Made by a program: the position numbers and the translations under genes
The notes under the pieces: model-generated
Database searches by the model: none
The model's input: only the letters and a program-made list of their open reading frames with translations
Told to the model about the DNA's origin: nothing
Shown here: one piece after another, positions 9,217-17,975 of the stretch
How the letters are laid out: each line of letters begins with the position of its first letter
Numbering within the stretch: the stretch's first letter is position 1
Assembly: GCA_015486475.1 (NCBI GenBank)
Contig: WFRO01000126.1
Location: 1 to 35,491, forward strand
Source of the DNA: Bacteroidales bacterium
GTDB lineage: Bacteria; Bacteroidota; Bacteroidia; Bacteroidales; VadinHA17
DNA: 35,491 nucleotides
Direction of reading: 5' to 3'

Positions 9217-10665
9217 CTACTCACCGCTTTTTTTGGTAACACCACGCTTGTTCCCGGCAGGCATTTTCCCCCTGCCCTTAAAGCCCGGAGGCATGCCTCT
9301 GCGCGCTTTATGCCGGGCTGCTTTTTCAGCATCCATCCTTTTCTGGCGCTCCTCCTCCAGGCGTTTCTGACGCTCCCGTTCTTTGATCACCGGGATCAGG
9401 TCCTCGCCCGCCAGGGAATATTTATCCGGGTTCTCAGGCCGGTTCAGCAACAGCTTCTCCCCTTCTTTGAGGCCTTTCTCCACGATCACCTCATTTTCGT
9501 TCTCAGGCCCCAGGAGAACTACCTGTTTTTTGCCGGATTTTGTAAAGACATAAGGGATGCTGTCCTCAACAAAAACCGCCTCCAGCGGGATGAAAAGCAC
9601 ACTGTCATAGGAGGCTGTGATGATCTGGTTGCTGGTGGTCATGGCCGGCCGCAGGATGGGATCACTCCCATCCAGCTTGATGTTCACCTCAAACACTTTG
9701 GCGTCGGTATTGGGGAGCTGCTCTCCCACATTAGCCACGTCCATCACCACACCTGTATATTTTTTCTCCGGAAAAGCATCCACCCCGACGCGTACTTTCT
9801 GGCCTTTCTTCACTTTGCTGATATCGATCTCGTTGACATAGGTCTTTGACAACATGGACGACATATCGGGCAGGGTAGCCACCACAAGATCCCACGGACT
9901 GATCATCGACCCCACTTTTCTTTTCTGCCCCCCCCATTCTTTCTCGTAGATCACCATGCCTGCCGCCGGAGCATGTATTTCAAACTGGCTGATCACTTTT
10001 TCCATCTCCTGCACCTTGCGTTGCTGTTTTCGTAATCTGAACTGCGCTTCCGACATATCCGCCTCTGCCTGCTGCACCTTAAGCACATAGTTCTTTTTGG
10101 CCTGGTCATAGGCCCGTTTGGCCTTGTCCAGGTTGATCTGTGCCTGCCGTATGGTGGCCGGGGGCTCGTAAATAGATTGCTCCAGGGTGATCTTTGCCTC
10201 CTCCATCGCATAGTTCAGGTTGATCAGCTGGTCCCGTAACCCCCGCAATAACATGGTCGTATCCAGACGGGTTTTGGTGTAGTTGGCCTGGTACTGTTCC
10301 AGTTCATCCAGCATGTCTTTCAGACTGTTGTCTGCCGCCGAACGGTCCAGCATGGCCACATAATCTCCCGAATCCACCACCGTGCCTTCCGGGATCAGGT
10401 CCTGTATCTTGATCTGGCTGAAACGCAGGTTGCGACTTCGTAATTCCGCAGGTGCCATGATCTTCACCGAATGCTCCGCCTGCAACTCTCCGGTGACGGT
10501 CACCAGGATCTCAAATTTGCCACGCTGAACTTTCGCATAGATCTGCTTCATCTCAGCCTTCTTGTTACGATTACCATAGTACCATAACCCGCCTATGATA
10601 AGGATCACCCCGAGAGCTATAAGACTGATCAGAAACCATTGTTTTTTCTTATTCTTTTTGCTCAT
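9217..10665 (-). CDS. Efflux periplasmic adaptor subunit (HlyD/MacA membrane-fusion family) with a basic C-terminal tail
   Basis: 482 aa with an N-terminal TM anchor. It has a lipoyl/barrel-sandwich segment (VTGELQAEHSVKIMAP ... GTVVDSGDYVAMLD), a long alpha-hairpin coiled coil and a beta-barrel domain. It is the first gene of the operon with the permease and the OMF. Confidence 0.85.
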   Translation of the reverse strand: MSKKNKKKQWFLISLIALGVILIIGGLWYYGNRNKKAEMKQIYAKVQRGKFEILVTVTGELQAEHSVKIMAPAELRSRNLRFSQIKIQDLIPEGTVVDSGDYVAMLDRSAADNSLKDMLDELEQYQANYTKTRLDTTMLLRGLRDQLINLNYAMEEAKITLEQSIYEPPATIRQAQINLDKAKRAYDQAKKNYVLKVQQAEADMSEAQFRLRKQQRKVQEMEKVISQFEIHAPAAGMVIYEKEWGGQKRKVGSMISPWDLVVATLPDMSSMLSKTYVNEIDISKVKKGQKVRVGVDAFPEKKYTGVVMDVANVGEQLPNTDAKVFEVNIKLDGSDPILRPAMTTSNQIITASYDSVLFIPLEAVFVEDSIPYVFTKSGKKQVVLLGPENENEVIVEKGLKEGEKLLLNRPENPDKYSLAGEDLIPVIKERERQKRLEEERQKRMDAEKAARHKARRGMPPGFKGRGKMPAGNKRGVTKKSGE

Positions 10666-10795
10666 TTTACCTGGTATTTTATTATGCCGGACAATAACAG
10701 AACGCCCCCAGAGTGAAAATATTCCACCTGACCGGCCCCTTCTCAGATTGTTTTGACAATCCGGGATCCGTTTTTATTCCACCGGCGGAGATCTT

Positions 10796-12172
10796 TCATT
10801 CAAAAAGTTGCAACACTTCTTCTCTCAGCTGTATCGATCGCTCCTTATCAGAAGTTTCAATGTAGATCCTGAAAACAGGTTCGGTGTTCGATCTGCGAAA
10901 ATGGATCCATCCATCGGGCATGTCAATGTACAATCCATCGATATTGTTAGTGGGATATCCTGCAAAATGCTCCCGGATCCTGTCGAACATCTGTTTTTCC
11001 GAAATATTTTCCGGTACAGATATTTTATCTTTTGTCATAAAAAGTTCGGGATAGTTTTTCCGCAATTCGCAAAGGGTGACCTTTTGCTCTGCCAGAAAGG
11101 TGAGGAACAGGGCGGTGCCCACGAGGGCATCCCTGCCGTAGTGCAGGGGCGGATAGATCACGCCTCCGTTCCCTTCTCCTCCGATGACCGCATTCACTTC
11201 CTTCATCTTGTGTACCACGTTCACCTCCCCGACGGCCGCCAGATGCCTCTTCCCGCCGTGCTTTTCGGTGATCACCGACAAGGCATCCGTGGAGGAGAGG
11301 TTTGAGACGGTATCCCCCGGCTGATGTGCCAGGACATAATCGGCTACCGCCACCAGGGTCATCTCTTCGCCGAACATCTCCCCGTTCTCACAGACAAAAG
11401 CCAGGCGGTCAACGTCCGGGTCCACTACGATACCCAGATCGGCCTGCTGTTCGCGCACCGCTTCCGCGAGGGTTTGCAGGTTGCGGGGCAGCGGTTCCGG
11501 ATCATGGGCAAAAAGTCCGGTAGGCTCACAGTTCAGCTCAATAATGTCCTGCACGCCCAGAGCACGCAACAATTCGGGTATGGCAAATCCTCCCACGGAA
11601 TTGACGCCATCGACCACCACGCGGAACCCCGCAGCAGCGATCTCCTCTTTTCTTACGAGCGGCAATGACAGGATCTCCTCAATGTGTTCCCGGTGGAAAT
11701 CACTCCGTACGATCCTGATACCCAAGTCTTCTACGGGGGCGAACATAAATTCTTCCGCCTCCGCAGTGCGCATCACTTCGTCGCCCTCCCGGGCATCCAG
11801 GAACTCCCCTTTTTCATTTAAGAGCTTCAAGGCATTCCAATGTGCAGGATTATGGCTCGCCGTAATGATGATCCCCCCGTCGGCCTGCTCCCTGATCACG
11901 GCCACCTCTACCGTAGGTGTGGGGGCCATACCCACCTCCAGGGTATCTATCCCCAAAGCGTTGAGCGTATTACATACAATGCCACACACCATCTCTCCCG
12001 AAACACGGGCATCCCTGCCGATAACCACCTTTATCTTTTTTTCCGTATGCCTGCGGATCAGCCACATGCCGTATGCAGCAGAAAATTTCACAAGGTCCAG
12101 CGGGGTCAGTCCTTCGCCAGGGCTACCCCCGATCGTGCCTCTTATCCCTGATATAGAGCTAATAAGTGTCAT
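10796..12172 (-). CDS. glmM: Phosphoglucosamine mutase
   Basis: 458 aa. SGIRGTIGG lies near the N-terminus, the active-site serine loop is ITASHNPAHWNALK, the metal-binding loop is VVDPDVDR, and GGEGNGG is the sugar-binding loop. These are alpha-D-phosphohexomutase hallmarks with the Bacteroidota GlmM-type N-terminus. Confidence 0.88.
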   Translation of the reverse strand: MTLISSISGIRGTIGGSPGEGLTPLDLVKFSAAYGMWLIRRHTEKKIKVVIGRDARVSGEMVCGIVCNTLNALGIDTLEVGMAPTPTVEVAVIREQADGGIIITASHNPAHWNALKLLNEKGEFLDAREGDEVMRTAEAEEFMFAPVEDLGIRIVRSDFHREHIEEILSLPLVRKEEIAAAGFRVVVDGVNSVGGFAIPELLRALGVQDIIELNCEPTGLFAHDPEPLPRNLQTLAEAVREQQADLGIVVDPDVDRLAFVCENGEMFGEEMTLVAVADYVLAHQPGDTVSNLSSTDALSVITEKHGGKRHLAAVGEVNVVHKMKEVNAVIGGEGNGGVIYPPLHYGRDALVGTALFLTFLAEQKVTLCELRKNYPELFMTKDKISVPENISEKQMFDRIREHFAGYPTNNIDGLYIDMPDGWIHFRRSNTEPVFRIYIETSDKERSIQLREEVLQLFE

Positions 12173-12249
12173 GATATTAATCTTTTCTGTTGTCCTGCAA
12201 GGTAATCAATCGCAGAAAGTCAAACAAACATCCCTGGCAAAAACAAAAT

Positions 12250-12269
12250 AAAAAAGGGCCTTCCGGCCC
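12250..12269 (-). terminator. Rho-independent terminator ending the small envelope-protein cluster
   Basis: GGGCC-ttcc-GGCCC (12256-12269) is flanked by A6 on the plus strand (T6 on the minus strand) and by T5. It lies about 25 nt after the stop of the 12295-12759 gene and separates that cluster from glmM. Confidence 0.7.
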
Positions 12270-12294
12270 TTTTTAAAAATGATCTTTCAGATCT

Positions 12295-12759
12295 TCAGTC
12301 TACAAACGGTATCGCATCCAGCAGTTGCATCTTCACGCCGGTACTGATATATTCCTCCACCTGAATAAAGCGGGTGGCCACGAGAGCCCCCATCTTCTTC
12401 TTCAGGATATTGTAATATTTCATATTCAGGGCAAGGTGCTTTTTCTGATACTGAAATGCTTTCTTCATGATCGCATCGGCTTCTTCCGGCGTGATCGTTT
12501 CATATTTCTCCGCATATTCCTTGAGATAACTGATCCTCATCTGCGTCAGCTTGGCGGATTCTCTCTCAAAATCATTGTATATGGGCCAAAACACATCTGC
12601 CTGTTCATCCGAAAGGTTCATCGCCTGTCCCACGAGGGATTTTTTTTCCAGCTTGAAATAAGACATCACCAGCTCTTCTTCTGTCTGGTTATTCTGGCTG
12701 AAAGCCGGGAGTATGAGCATCATACCCAGTAAAAACATGATTCCTTTTTTCATAGTCAA
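12295..12759 (-). CDS. Secreted all-helical protein of unknown function (possibly Spy/CpxP-like periplasmic protein)
   Basis: 154 aa with a signal peptide (MFLLGMMLILPAFSQ). The sequence is K/E-rich and predicted helical. Two L(S/T)xE(Q/E)-like motifs (LSDEQADVF, ITPEEADAIM) are reminiscent of LTXXQ-family proteins. The functional call is weak. Confidence 0.55.
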   Translation of the reverse strand: MTMKKGIMFLLGMMLILPAFSQNNQTEEELVMSYFKLEKKSLVGQAMNLSDEQADVFWPIYNDFERESAKLTQMRISYLKEYAEKYETITPEEADAIMKKAFQYQKKHLALNMKYYNILKKKMGALVATRFIQVEEYISTGVKMQLLDAIPFVD

Positions 12760-12786
12760 TAAATTTACAATTATGGTTTACATGAA

Positions 12787-13383
12787 TTAAAAACTAAATA
12801 CAAGCCCTCCGGTGAAGTCCCCCTGGACGACGGCAGAATAAGCGCTGGCTCCTCCGCCACAGCCACCGGTACCGCACCAGAACCCTCCTCCGCCAAAACG
12901 CATGGGCATGAGCATCCGCGCCTGGGCCTGAAAAGCCATGTGGTCGGTAATATTCACACGAAGACCGCCCCCCAGCGCAATAGAGAAGATCCACTGCGTA
13001 TAATAAACGGAATTTTTGGGCGTGAATATGGTCGTTCCCATGGTGAAAAGCCCGAAAGGCGCCAATCTGTCATTATGATAGATCTGCCGTAAAACACCCA
13101 CCTGTAAATATTCCGTAGCCAGGTTGGTCAGATTTTCTTTACCGGTAGCCGTTTCCTTGGTCAGCCTGGAATCCATTCTGTTATAGAAAAAGATGATCCG
13201 GGTATCCTCGCCGGCATTCACGCCCAACTGCAAACCGTAACTGGGCCCGTTCTCAACACTATATTCATACCTTCCTCCTCCCAGCATCCAGCCGGCATAG
13301 GGGGTGATCTCAAACTGTGCAAGAAGCGGGACCATCCCCGATAACAGCAGCACCGGCAAAAAAATGATCAATACTTTTCTCAT
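12787..13383 (-). CDS. Small outer membrane beta-barrel protein (OmpW/porin_OmpA-like barrel family)
   Basis: 198 aa with a signal peptide ending LLAQ. Alternating hydrophobic beta-strand patterns and a C-terminal aromatic residue (GGLVFSF) are typical of OMP barrels. An unusual GGGGFWCGTGGCGGGAS loop lies near the C-terminus. Confidence 0.65.
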   Translation of the reverse strand: MRKVLIIFLPVLLLSGMVPLLAQFEITPYAGWMLGGGRYEYSVENGPSYGLQLGVNAGEDTRIIFFYNRMDSRLTKETATGKENLTNLATEYLQVGVLRQIYHNDRLAPFGLFTMGTTIFTPKNSVYYTQWIFSIALGGGLRVNITDHMAFQAQARMLMPMRFGGGGFWCGTGGCGGGASAYSAVVQGDFTGGLVFSF

Positions 13384-13428
13384 GAATTCCTGAAATTATA
13401 AGTGGTGTCGTACAAAAAAAACGGAGGT

Positions 13429-14028
13429 TTAATAACCTCCGGAAAAGATAAATCCTAAGCTGAGACTGATATTCCCCTGGCTTCCGACATCACCGGCTTT
13501 CATCATATAATCATACCTCACGTTGCCCATGATCCCCACGCCGGAGGCAAAATTATAGATAAACCCGGCTTCGGGCGTCAGTCCGAAATGCCAGTTCCTG
13601 TGCTCAACATAATAGATACCCATCTCAGTCCTTTTGCGTGTTTTATAAGGCCCTACACCAAATCCCAGATAGGGGCGGAATCCGGAATCACCGAACACAT
13701 ATTTCCCTCCAAAAGTCACAGGGAAAGCATTGATAGAACGGTATTGCTTGCCACTGATGGCACGTGATCCCTCTTCATATACATCAAACGGTATATCATC
13801 GTAAAAGACATGCCATGACCACCGCAGTTCAACCGCAATATTTTGATTAATAAAATAACCACCCGAAAATGTAAATCCCCTGAAGCTGGCGGGTGAAACA
13901 AAATCCTTTGTATTCCCCATTGGGAAAGAAATATCATACCCCAGATTGGTATAAAAACCCTGACCGTAAGCGCTCACCCCGGTGATCAGGGCAAAAACGG
14001 AAATTATTATGATCTTAAACTTTTTCAT
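13429..14028 (-). CDS. Small outer membrane beta-barrel protein
   Basis: 199 aa with a signal peptide (VFALITGVSAYGQ). It has alternating aromatic/glycine beta-strand patterns and a C-terminal SLGFIFSGGY. Confidence 0.65.
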   Translation of the reverse strand: MKKFKIIIISVFALITGVSAYGQGFYTNLGYDISFPMGNTKDFVSPASFRGFTFSGGYFINQNIAVELRWSWHVFYDDIPFDVYEEGSRAISGKQYRSINAFPVTFGGKYVFGDSGFRPYLGFGVGPYKTRKRTEMGIYYVEHRNWHFGLTPEAGFIYNFASGVGIMGNVRYDYMMKAGDVGSQGNISLSLGFIFSGGY

Positions 14029-14065
14029 CTGTATAAATTTTATGTGCTATTGTATTTCTACTGAA

Positions 14066-14710
14066 TTATTTATGAAAAACTTTCGTCTGGGCAAATGCCT
14101 GGTTTATACTACGCTCGATACGGCTCTTCATATCCTGGGTAGAAGAGCTCAACATACCGTTAAAGGCCGAAGTCCAAACTACCGGGAACTGGATATTACC
14201 ATCGTCATCCTCTTGAGGATCATTGGGATCACCCATCGTGATAAATAAGGTACCCGTACTGAATGAATAATAATATCCTCCGTAATACGGCGGATAATAC
14301 CATCCCCACCCGGGATAACCCCACCAGGGATAATAAGGGTAATAAGGATAGCCTGGGACCCAACCTACACTGGTTGATGTGGTCACCGATGCCGTCACAA
14401 GCACATCCGGCGGCGTGGCGCTGGAGGTATCTGCCGGCTGATATCCAATTGCATTCAGGTTGTCCCTGATCGTACTTAAAATAAGCGCATCATACGTATG
14501 GTCAACATCCTCCTGATCATCGGTAAGGTAGGCCACCGTATCTACCAGGTAATAGGTCTGGACTGTATGCGTTGCAAAAAATGCCGAATCATAATCCGTG
14601 GCTACAATATCCGTATCACTATAATACTCGGCCCCTCCGGGATAACAGGATACCATGATCACAGCGATCAATAAAAAGATCCCGTAAAACAAAAACTTAA
14701 CTTTTTTCAT
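14066..14710 (-). CDS. DUF4136-like lipoprotein with an internal aromatic/proline/glycine-rich segment
   Basis: 214 aa with a lipobox (VIMVSC). The C-terminal block GTLFITMGDP...VVWTSAFNGMLSS...RIERSINQAFAQ matches my memory of the DUF4136 pattern. Residues 116-149 are GWVPGYPYYPYYPWWGYPGWGWYYPPYYGGYYYS. Confidence 0.65.
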   Translation of the reverse strand: MKKVKFLFYGIFLLIAVIMVSCYPGGAEYYSDTDIVATDYDSAFFATHTVQTYYLVDTVAYLTDDQEDVDHTYDALILSTIRDNLNAIGYQPADTSSATPPDVLVTASVTTSTSVGWVPGYPYYPYYPWWGYPGWGWYYPPYYGGYYYSFSTGTLFITMGDPNDPQEDDDGNIQFPVVWTSAFNGMLSSSTQDMKSRIERSINQAFAQTKVFHK

Positions 14711-14750
14711 AATCCAACTACTTTTGATTAATTAATACCAGTTTGGCTGG

Positions 14751-14758
14751 CAAAGGTA
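14751..14758 (-). promoter_or_regulatory. Candidate -7 box (TACCTTTG) for the four-gene envelope cluster
   Basis: Plus-strand CAAAGGTA gives TACCTTTG on the minus strand, matching TAnnTTTG. It sits about 41 nt upstream of the ATG at 14710. Confidence 0.45.
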
Positions 14759-14889
14759 ATAAAAATCAATCTAAATAAAAAAACGCCCTCCCCCTTTTTC
14801 CCGTTCCCAGGAAACCAAAAGGGACAGGTCTTACTGAGATTTATTGACCTTCAATTATATAGAAAAGAATGCAACCTTCCATAAATTAT

Positions 14890-14897
14890 TACCTTTG
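14890..14897 (+). promoter_or_regulatory. Candidate -7 box (TACCTTTG) for the pseudouridine synthase gene
   Basis: TACCTTTG matches TAnnTTTG about 35 nt upstream of the ATG at 14932. Its position argues against the longer ORF start at 14869. Confidence 0.45.
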
Positions 14898-14931
14898 CAA
14901 ACCCATTAATTTGTATAAAGCAACAAATAAC

Positions 14932-15693
14932 ATGCCAGATAAAAAGAAAAAACGGAGCAAACGACCGGATAAACAGGCAGAGGAGATACGTCTGAACCGA
15001 TACATAGCCCTGAGCGGGATCTGTTCCCGGCGGCAGGCGGATGAATATATCCGCAGGGGATGGGTGACGGTCGACGGGAAAAAGGTCGTCGACCTGGGCA
15101 CAAAAGTACCTTTGACCGCTGAGGTCAGGTTACAGGGGAAAAAGATCAACCCGGAGAGAAAAGTATACATCCTGCTCAACAAACCGAAAGACTATATCAC
15201 CACGGCCAAAGATCCGGAAGGCCGGAAGACCGTGCTCGACCTCATCAACCTGCCCACCGGTACCCGTATCTTCCCGGTGGGCCGGCTCGACCGGAATACC
15301 ACAGGCGTGCTGCTCCTCACCAACGACGGTGCCATGGCCGAGCGGCTGACCCATCCCCGCTATGCCCAAAAAAAGATCTACCAGGTAACCCTGGACAAGG
15401 ACCTTATCCGGGCTGACATGGAAAAACTCGTCCAGGGGATCGATCTGGAAGAGGGCAGGGTGACTGCCGACGCCGTCTCTTACGTGAACCCGGATGACAA
15501 AAGGGTGATCGGTCTGGAGATACACTCGGGACAGAACAGGGTAGTACGCCGTCTCTTCGAAAAACTGGGATATAAGGTAAAGAACCTCGACCGGGTCTAT
15601 TTTGCCGGCCTGACCAAAAAAGCCCTCCCCCGGGGTCGCTGGCGTTATCTCACGGAAAAGGAGATCGTCATGCTGCACCGCCGTCTCTTCTGA
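14932..15693 (+). CDS. rRNA pseudouridine synthase, RsuA/RluB family (S4 domain + PseudoU_synth_2)
   Basis: 253 aa from the ATG at 14932. A Lys-rich N-terminal tail precedes the S4 RNA-binding motif IRLNRYIALSGICSRRQADEYIRRGWVTVDG. The catalytic Asp motif is GRLDRNTTGVLLLTNDG. Confidence 0.85.
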   Translation: MPDKKKKRSKRPDKQAEEIRLNRYIALSGICSRRQADEYIRRGWVTVDGKKVVDLGTKVPLTAEVRLQGKKINPERKVYILLNKPKDYITTAKDPEGRKTVLDLINLPTGTRIFPVGRLDRNTTGVLLLTNDGAMAERLTHPRYAQKKIYQVTLDKDLIRADMEKLVQGIDLEEGRVTADAVSYVNPDDKRVIGLEIHSGQNRVVRRLFEKLGYKVKNLDRVYFAGLTKKALPRGRWRYLTEKEIVMLHRRLF

Positions 15694-15714
15694 ACCCGGT
15701 GCCCGAATTATTCC

Positions 15715-15722
15715 TATCTTTG
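15715..15722 (+). promoter_or_regulatory. Candidate -7 box (TATCTTTG) for era
   Basis: TATCTTTG matches TAnnTTTG about 26 nt upstream of the era ATG (15748). Confidence 0.45.
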
Positions 15723-15747
15723 TACATTCAGGAATCACAATACCATC

Positions 15748-16626
15748 ATGCCCCATAAAGCAGGCTTTGTCAACATCATAGGTAATCCTAACACCGGGAA
15801 ATCCACGCTGATGAACCGGATGGTGGGGCAAAAGCTGGCCATCGTCACCTCCCGGGCCCAGACCACCCGCCACCGTCTCCTGGGTATCGTCAACGGTGAG
15901 GATTTCCAGATCGTTTACTCCGATACCCCGGGACTGGTGATACCCCGCTACAAACTGCAGGAGTATATGGTGAAGACGGTCCAGACAGCCCTCGACGATG
16001 CCGACATCATCCTCTTCACCACCGACGTTACGGAAGAGCCCGGCGAAGAACATCCTGTCGTGAAAAAGATCATCAACACTTCCATACCCGTCCTCACCCT
16101 CCTGAACAAGACCGATCTCTCCACACCCGAAGGCGTGGAAGAGCTGGTCCGCAAATGGGAGGAGCTGCTGCCGGAGAGCCCCTGTATCCCTGTGAGCGCA
16201 TTGCTGGGTGCCAATCTCGACACCCTCTTTCACAGGATCATGGATCTCCTCCCCGAAAGCCCGCCCTATTTCCCCAAGGACCAGATCACGGACAAACCGG
16301 AAAAGTTCTTCGTCGAGGAGATCATCCGCGAGAAGATCCTGCTCAATTACCGGCAGGAGATCCCTTACTCTGTGGAGGTGGTCGTCGAGTCTTTCAAGGA
16401 AGATGAGAAGCTGATCCGCATTGCCGCCCGCATCTTCGTCATGCGCGACAGCCAGAAAGGCATCCTCATAGGCCATCAGGGCAAGGCTCTGAAAAAAACA
16501 GGCACGGAAGCCCGGAAGGACATAGAGGCTTTTTTCGGAAAAAAGGTCTTCCTGGAGCTCTTCGTCAAAGTGAAAAAAGACTGGCGGGACAAAGACCGCA
16601 TGCTTAAGAACCTCGGATATCATTAA
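15748..16626 (+). CDS. era: GTPase Era
   Basis: 292 aa. G1 is GNPNTGKST, G3 is DTPG and G4 is NKTD. The C-terminal KH domain carries the Era-typical EEIIREKILLNYRQEIPYS ... VKVKKDWRD. Confidence 0.92.
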   Translation: MPHKAGFVNIIGNPNTGKSTLMNRMVGQKLAIVTSRAQTTRHRLLGIVNGEDFQIVYSDTPGLVIPRYKLQEYMVKTVQTALDDADIILFTTDVTEEPGEEHPVVKKIINTSIPVLTLLNKTDLSTPEGVEELVRKWEELLPESPCIPVSALLGANLDTLFHRIMDLLPESPPYFPKDQITDKPEKFFVEEIIREKILLNYRQEIPYSVEVVVESFKEDEKLIRIAARIFVMRDSQKGILIGHQGKALKKTGTEARKDIEAFFGKKVFLELFVKVKKDWRDKDRMLKNLGYH

Positions 16627-16635
16627 AGACTGATC

Positions 16636-17940
16636 ATGGGAAACATCGTTGCCATCGTAGGAAGGCCCAATGTTGGGAAATCCACGCTTTTCAACCGCCT
16701 CACCGAAAGCAGGCAGGCCATCGTGGATGAATATTCCGGGGTCACCCGCGACCGCATATACGGCCAATGCACCTGGAACGGCATCACTTTTTCGGTGGTG
16801 GATACCGGCGGATATGTGACCCGCCCGGAGGATGTCTTTGAGGATGAGATACGCAAACAGGTACACCTGGCTATTGAGGAGGCGGACGTGATCCTTTTCG
16901 TCACCGATGTGGAAGCTGGTATCACCGACCTGGACGAGGCGGTAGCCCGCATCCTTCGCAAGACGGACAAGAAAGTCCTGGCGGTGGTCAATAAGGTGGA
17001 TAATAATGAGCGGCTTTACGATGCCAATGAATTCTTCAAACTGGGTCTGGGAGATATTTTTCCCATTTCCTCGATCAACGGCAGCGGCACCGGCGATCTG
17101 CTCGACCGCGTCACGGAAAACCTGGAAAAACCTTCGGAAGAAGAGGAAGAAGAGATACCGACTTTCTCGGTGGTAGGCCGTCCCAACGCCGGCAAATCCA
17201 CGCTGATCAACACCCTCCTGGGAGAAGAGCGACAGATCGTAACCCCTGTCTCGGGCACCACCCGCGACATGGTACCCATACGTTTCAATAAATTCGGATA
17301 CGATTTCCGCCTCATTGACACTGCCGGCATCCGGAAAAAGACCAAAGTGTCGGAAGATCTCGAGTTTTATTCCGTCATGCGGGCCATACGGGCCATAGAA
17401 AGGTCGGACGTAGCGTTCCTGCTGATCGATGCCACCCGCGGCATGGAAGCCCAGGATGTCAACATCTTCCGGCTCATACAAAAGAATAAAAAAGGGATCG
17501 TCCTGGTGGTGAACAAATGGGACCTGGTTGAGAAAGACCACCAGACCATGAAGGTTTATACAGAAACCATACGGGAGAAGATCATGCCCTTCCAGGACCT
17601 GCCCATCGTGTTCGTATCTGCCAAAGAGCAACAGAGGGTCCTGAAAATGCTGGACACCGGTTTGGAAGTATACCGTAACCGGCAGAAAAAGATACCCACC
17701 TCCCGGCTCAATGAGGTGATGCTGCAGGCCATCGAAGAGTACCCGCCTCCCTCGGTAAAAGGGAAATATGTGAAGATCAAATATGTCACCCAGCTGCCCG
17801 TAAAGACGCCGGTCTTTGCTTTTTTCTGCAACCTGCCCCAGTATGTCAAGGATCCTTACAGAAGATATCTGGAGAACAGGCTGCGCGAAAATTTCAATTT
17901 CCATGGGGTCCCTATTGATATTTTCTTCAGGAAAAAATAA
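16636..17940 (+). CDS. der: Ribosome biogenesis GTPase Der (EngA)
   Basis: 434 aa with two tandem GTPase domains ([17 protein letters not shown] and [17 protein letters not shown]). A C-terminal KH-like domain is present (KIKYVTQ...PVFAFFCN). Confidence 0.92.
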   Translation: MGNIVAIVGRPNVGKSTLFNRLTESRQAIVDEYSGVTRDRIYGQCTWNGITFSVVDTGGYVTRPEDVFEDEIRKQVHLAIEEADVILFVTDVEAGITDLDEAVARILRKTDKKVLAVVNKVDNNERLYDANEFFKLGLGDIFPISSINGSGTGDLLDRVTENLEKPSEEEEEEIPTFSVVGRPNAGKSTLINTLLGEERQIVTPVSGTTRDMVPIRFNKFGYDFRLIDTAGIRKKTKVSEDLEFYSVMRAIRAIERSDVAFLLIDATRGMEAQDVNIFRLIQKNKKGIVLVVNKWDLVEKDHQTMKVYTETIREKIMPFQDLPIVFVSAKEQQRVLKMLDTGLEVYRNRQKKIPTSRLNEVMLQAIEEYPPPSVKGKYVKIKYVTQLPVKTPVFAFFCNLPQYVKDPYRRYLENRLRENFNFHGVPIDIFFRKK

Positions 17941-17975
17941 TATTGTCGTATCTTGGTATGTTATTTGAAGCGATC

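Noticed and set aside
14869-14931. A longer start (14869) for the pseudouridine synthase ORF
   Set aside because: The extension (MQPSINYYLCKPINLYKATNN) is A/T-rich and contains the TACCTTTG -7 box. The ATG at 14932 opens with the Lys-rich tail typical of RluB-like proteins.
15130-17904. A 924-aa minus-strand ORF running antisense across the end of the pseudouridine synthase gene, all of era and nearly all of der
   Set aside because: The three sense genes share the same reading frame (starts 14932, 15748 and 16636 are all congruent mod 3). The antisense ORF is codon-aligned to them, so its stops can arise only from the sense codons TTA, CTA and TCA, which this genome evidently avoids. The translation is rich in H/D/G/L/F/P with no domain signature, signal or motif. 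The sense genes are unambiguous (Era and Der G-motifs). It is a shadow ORF.
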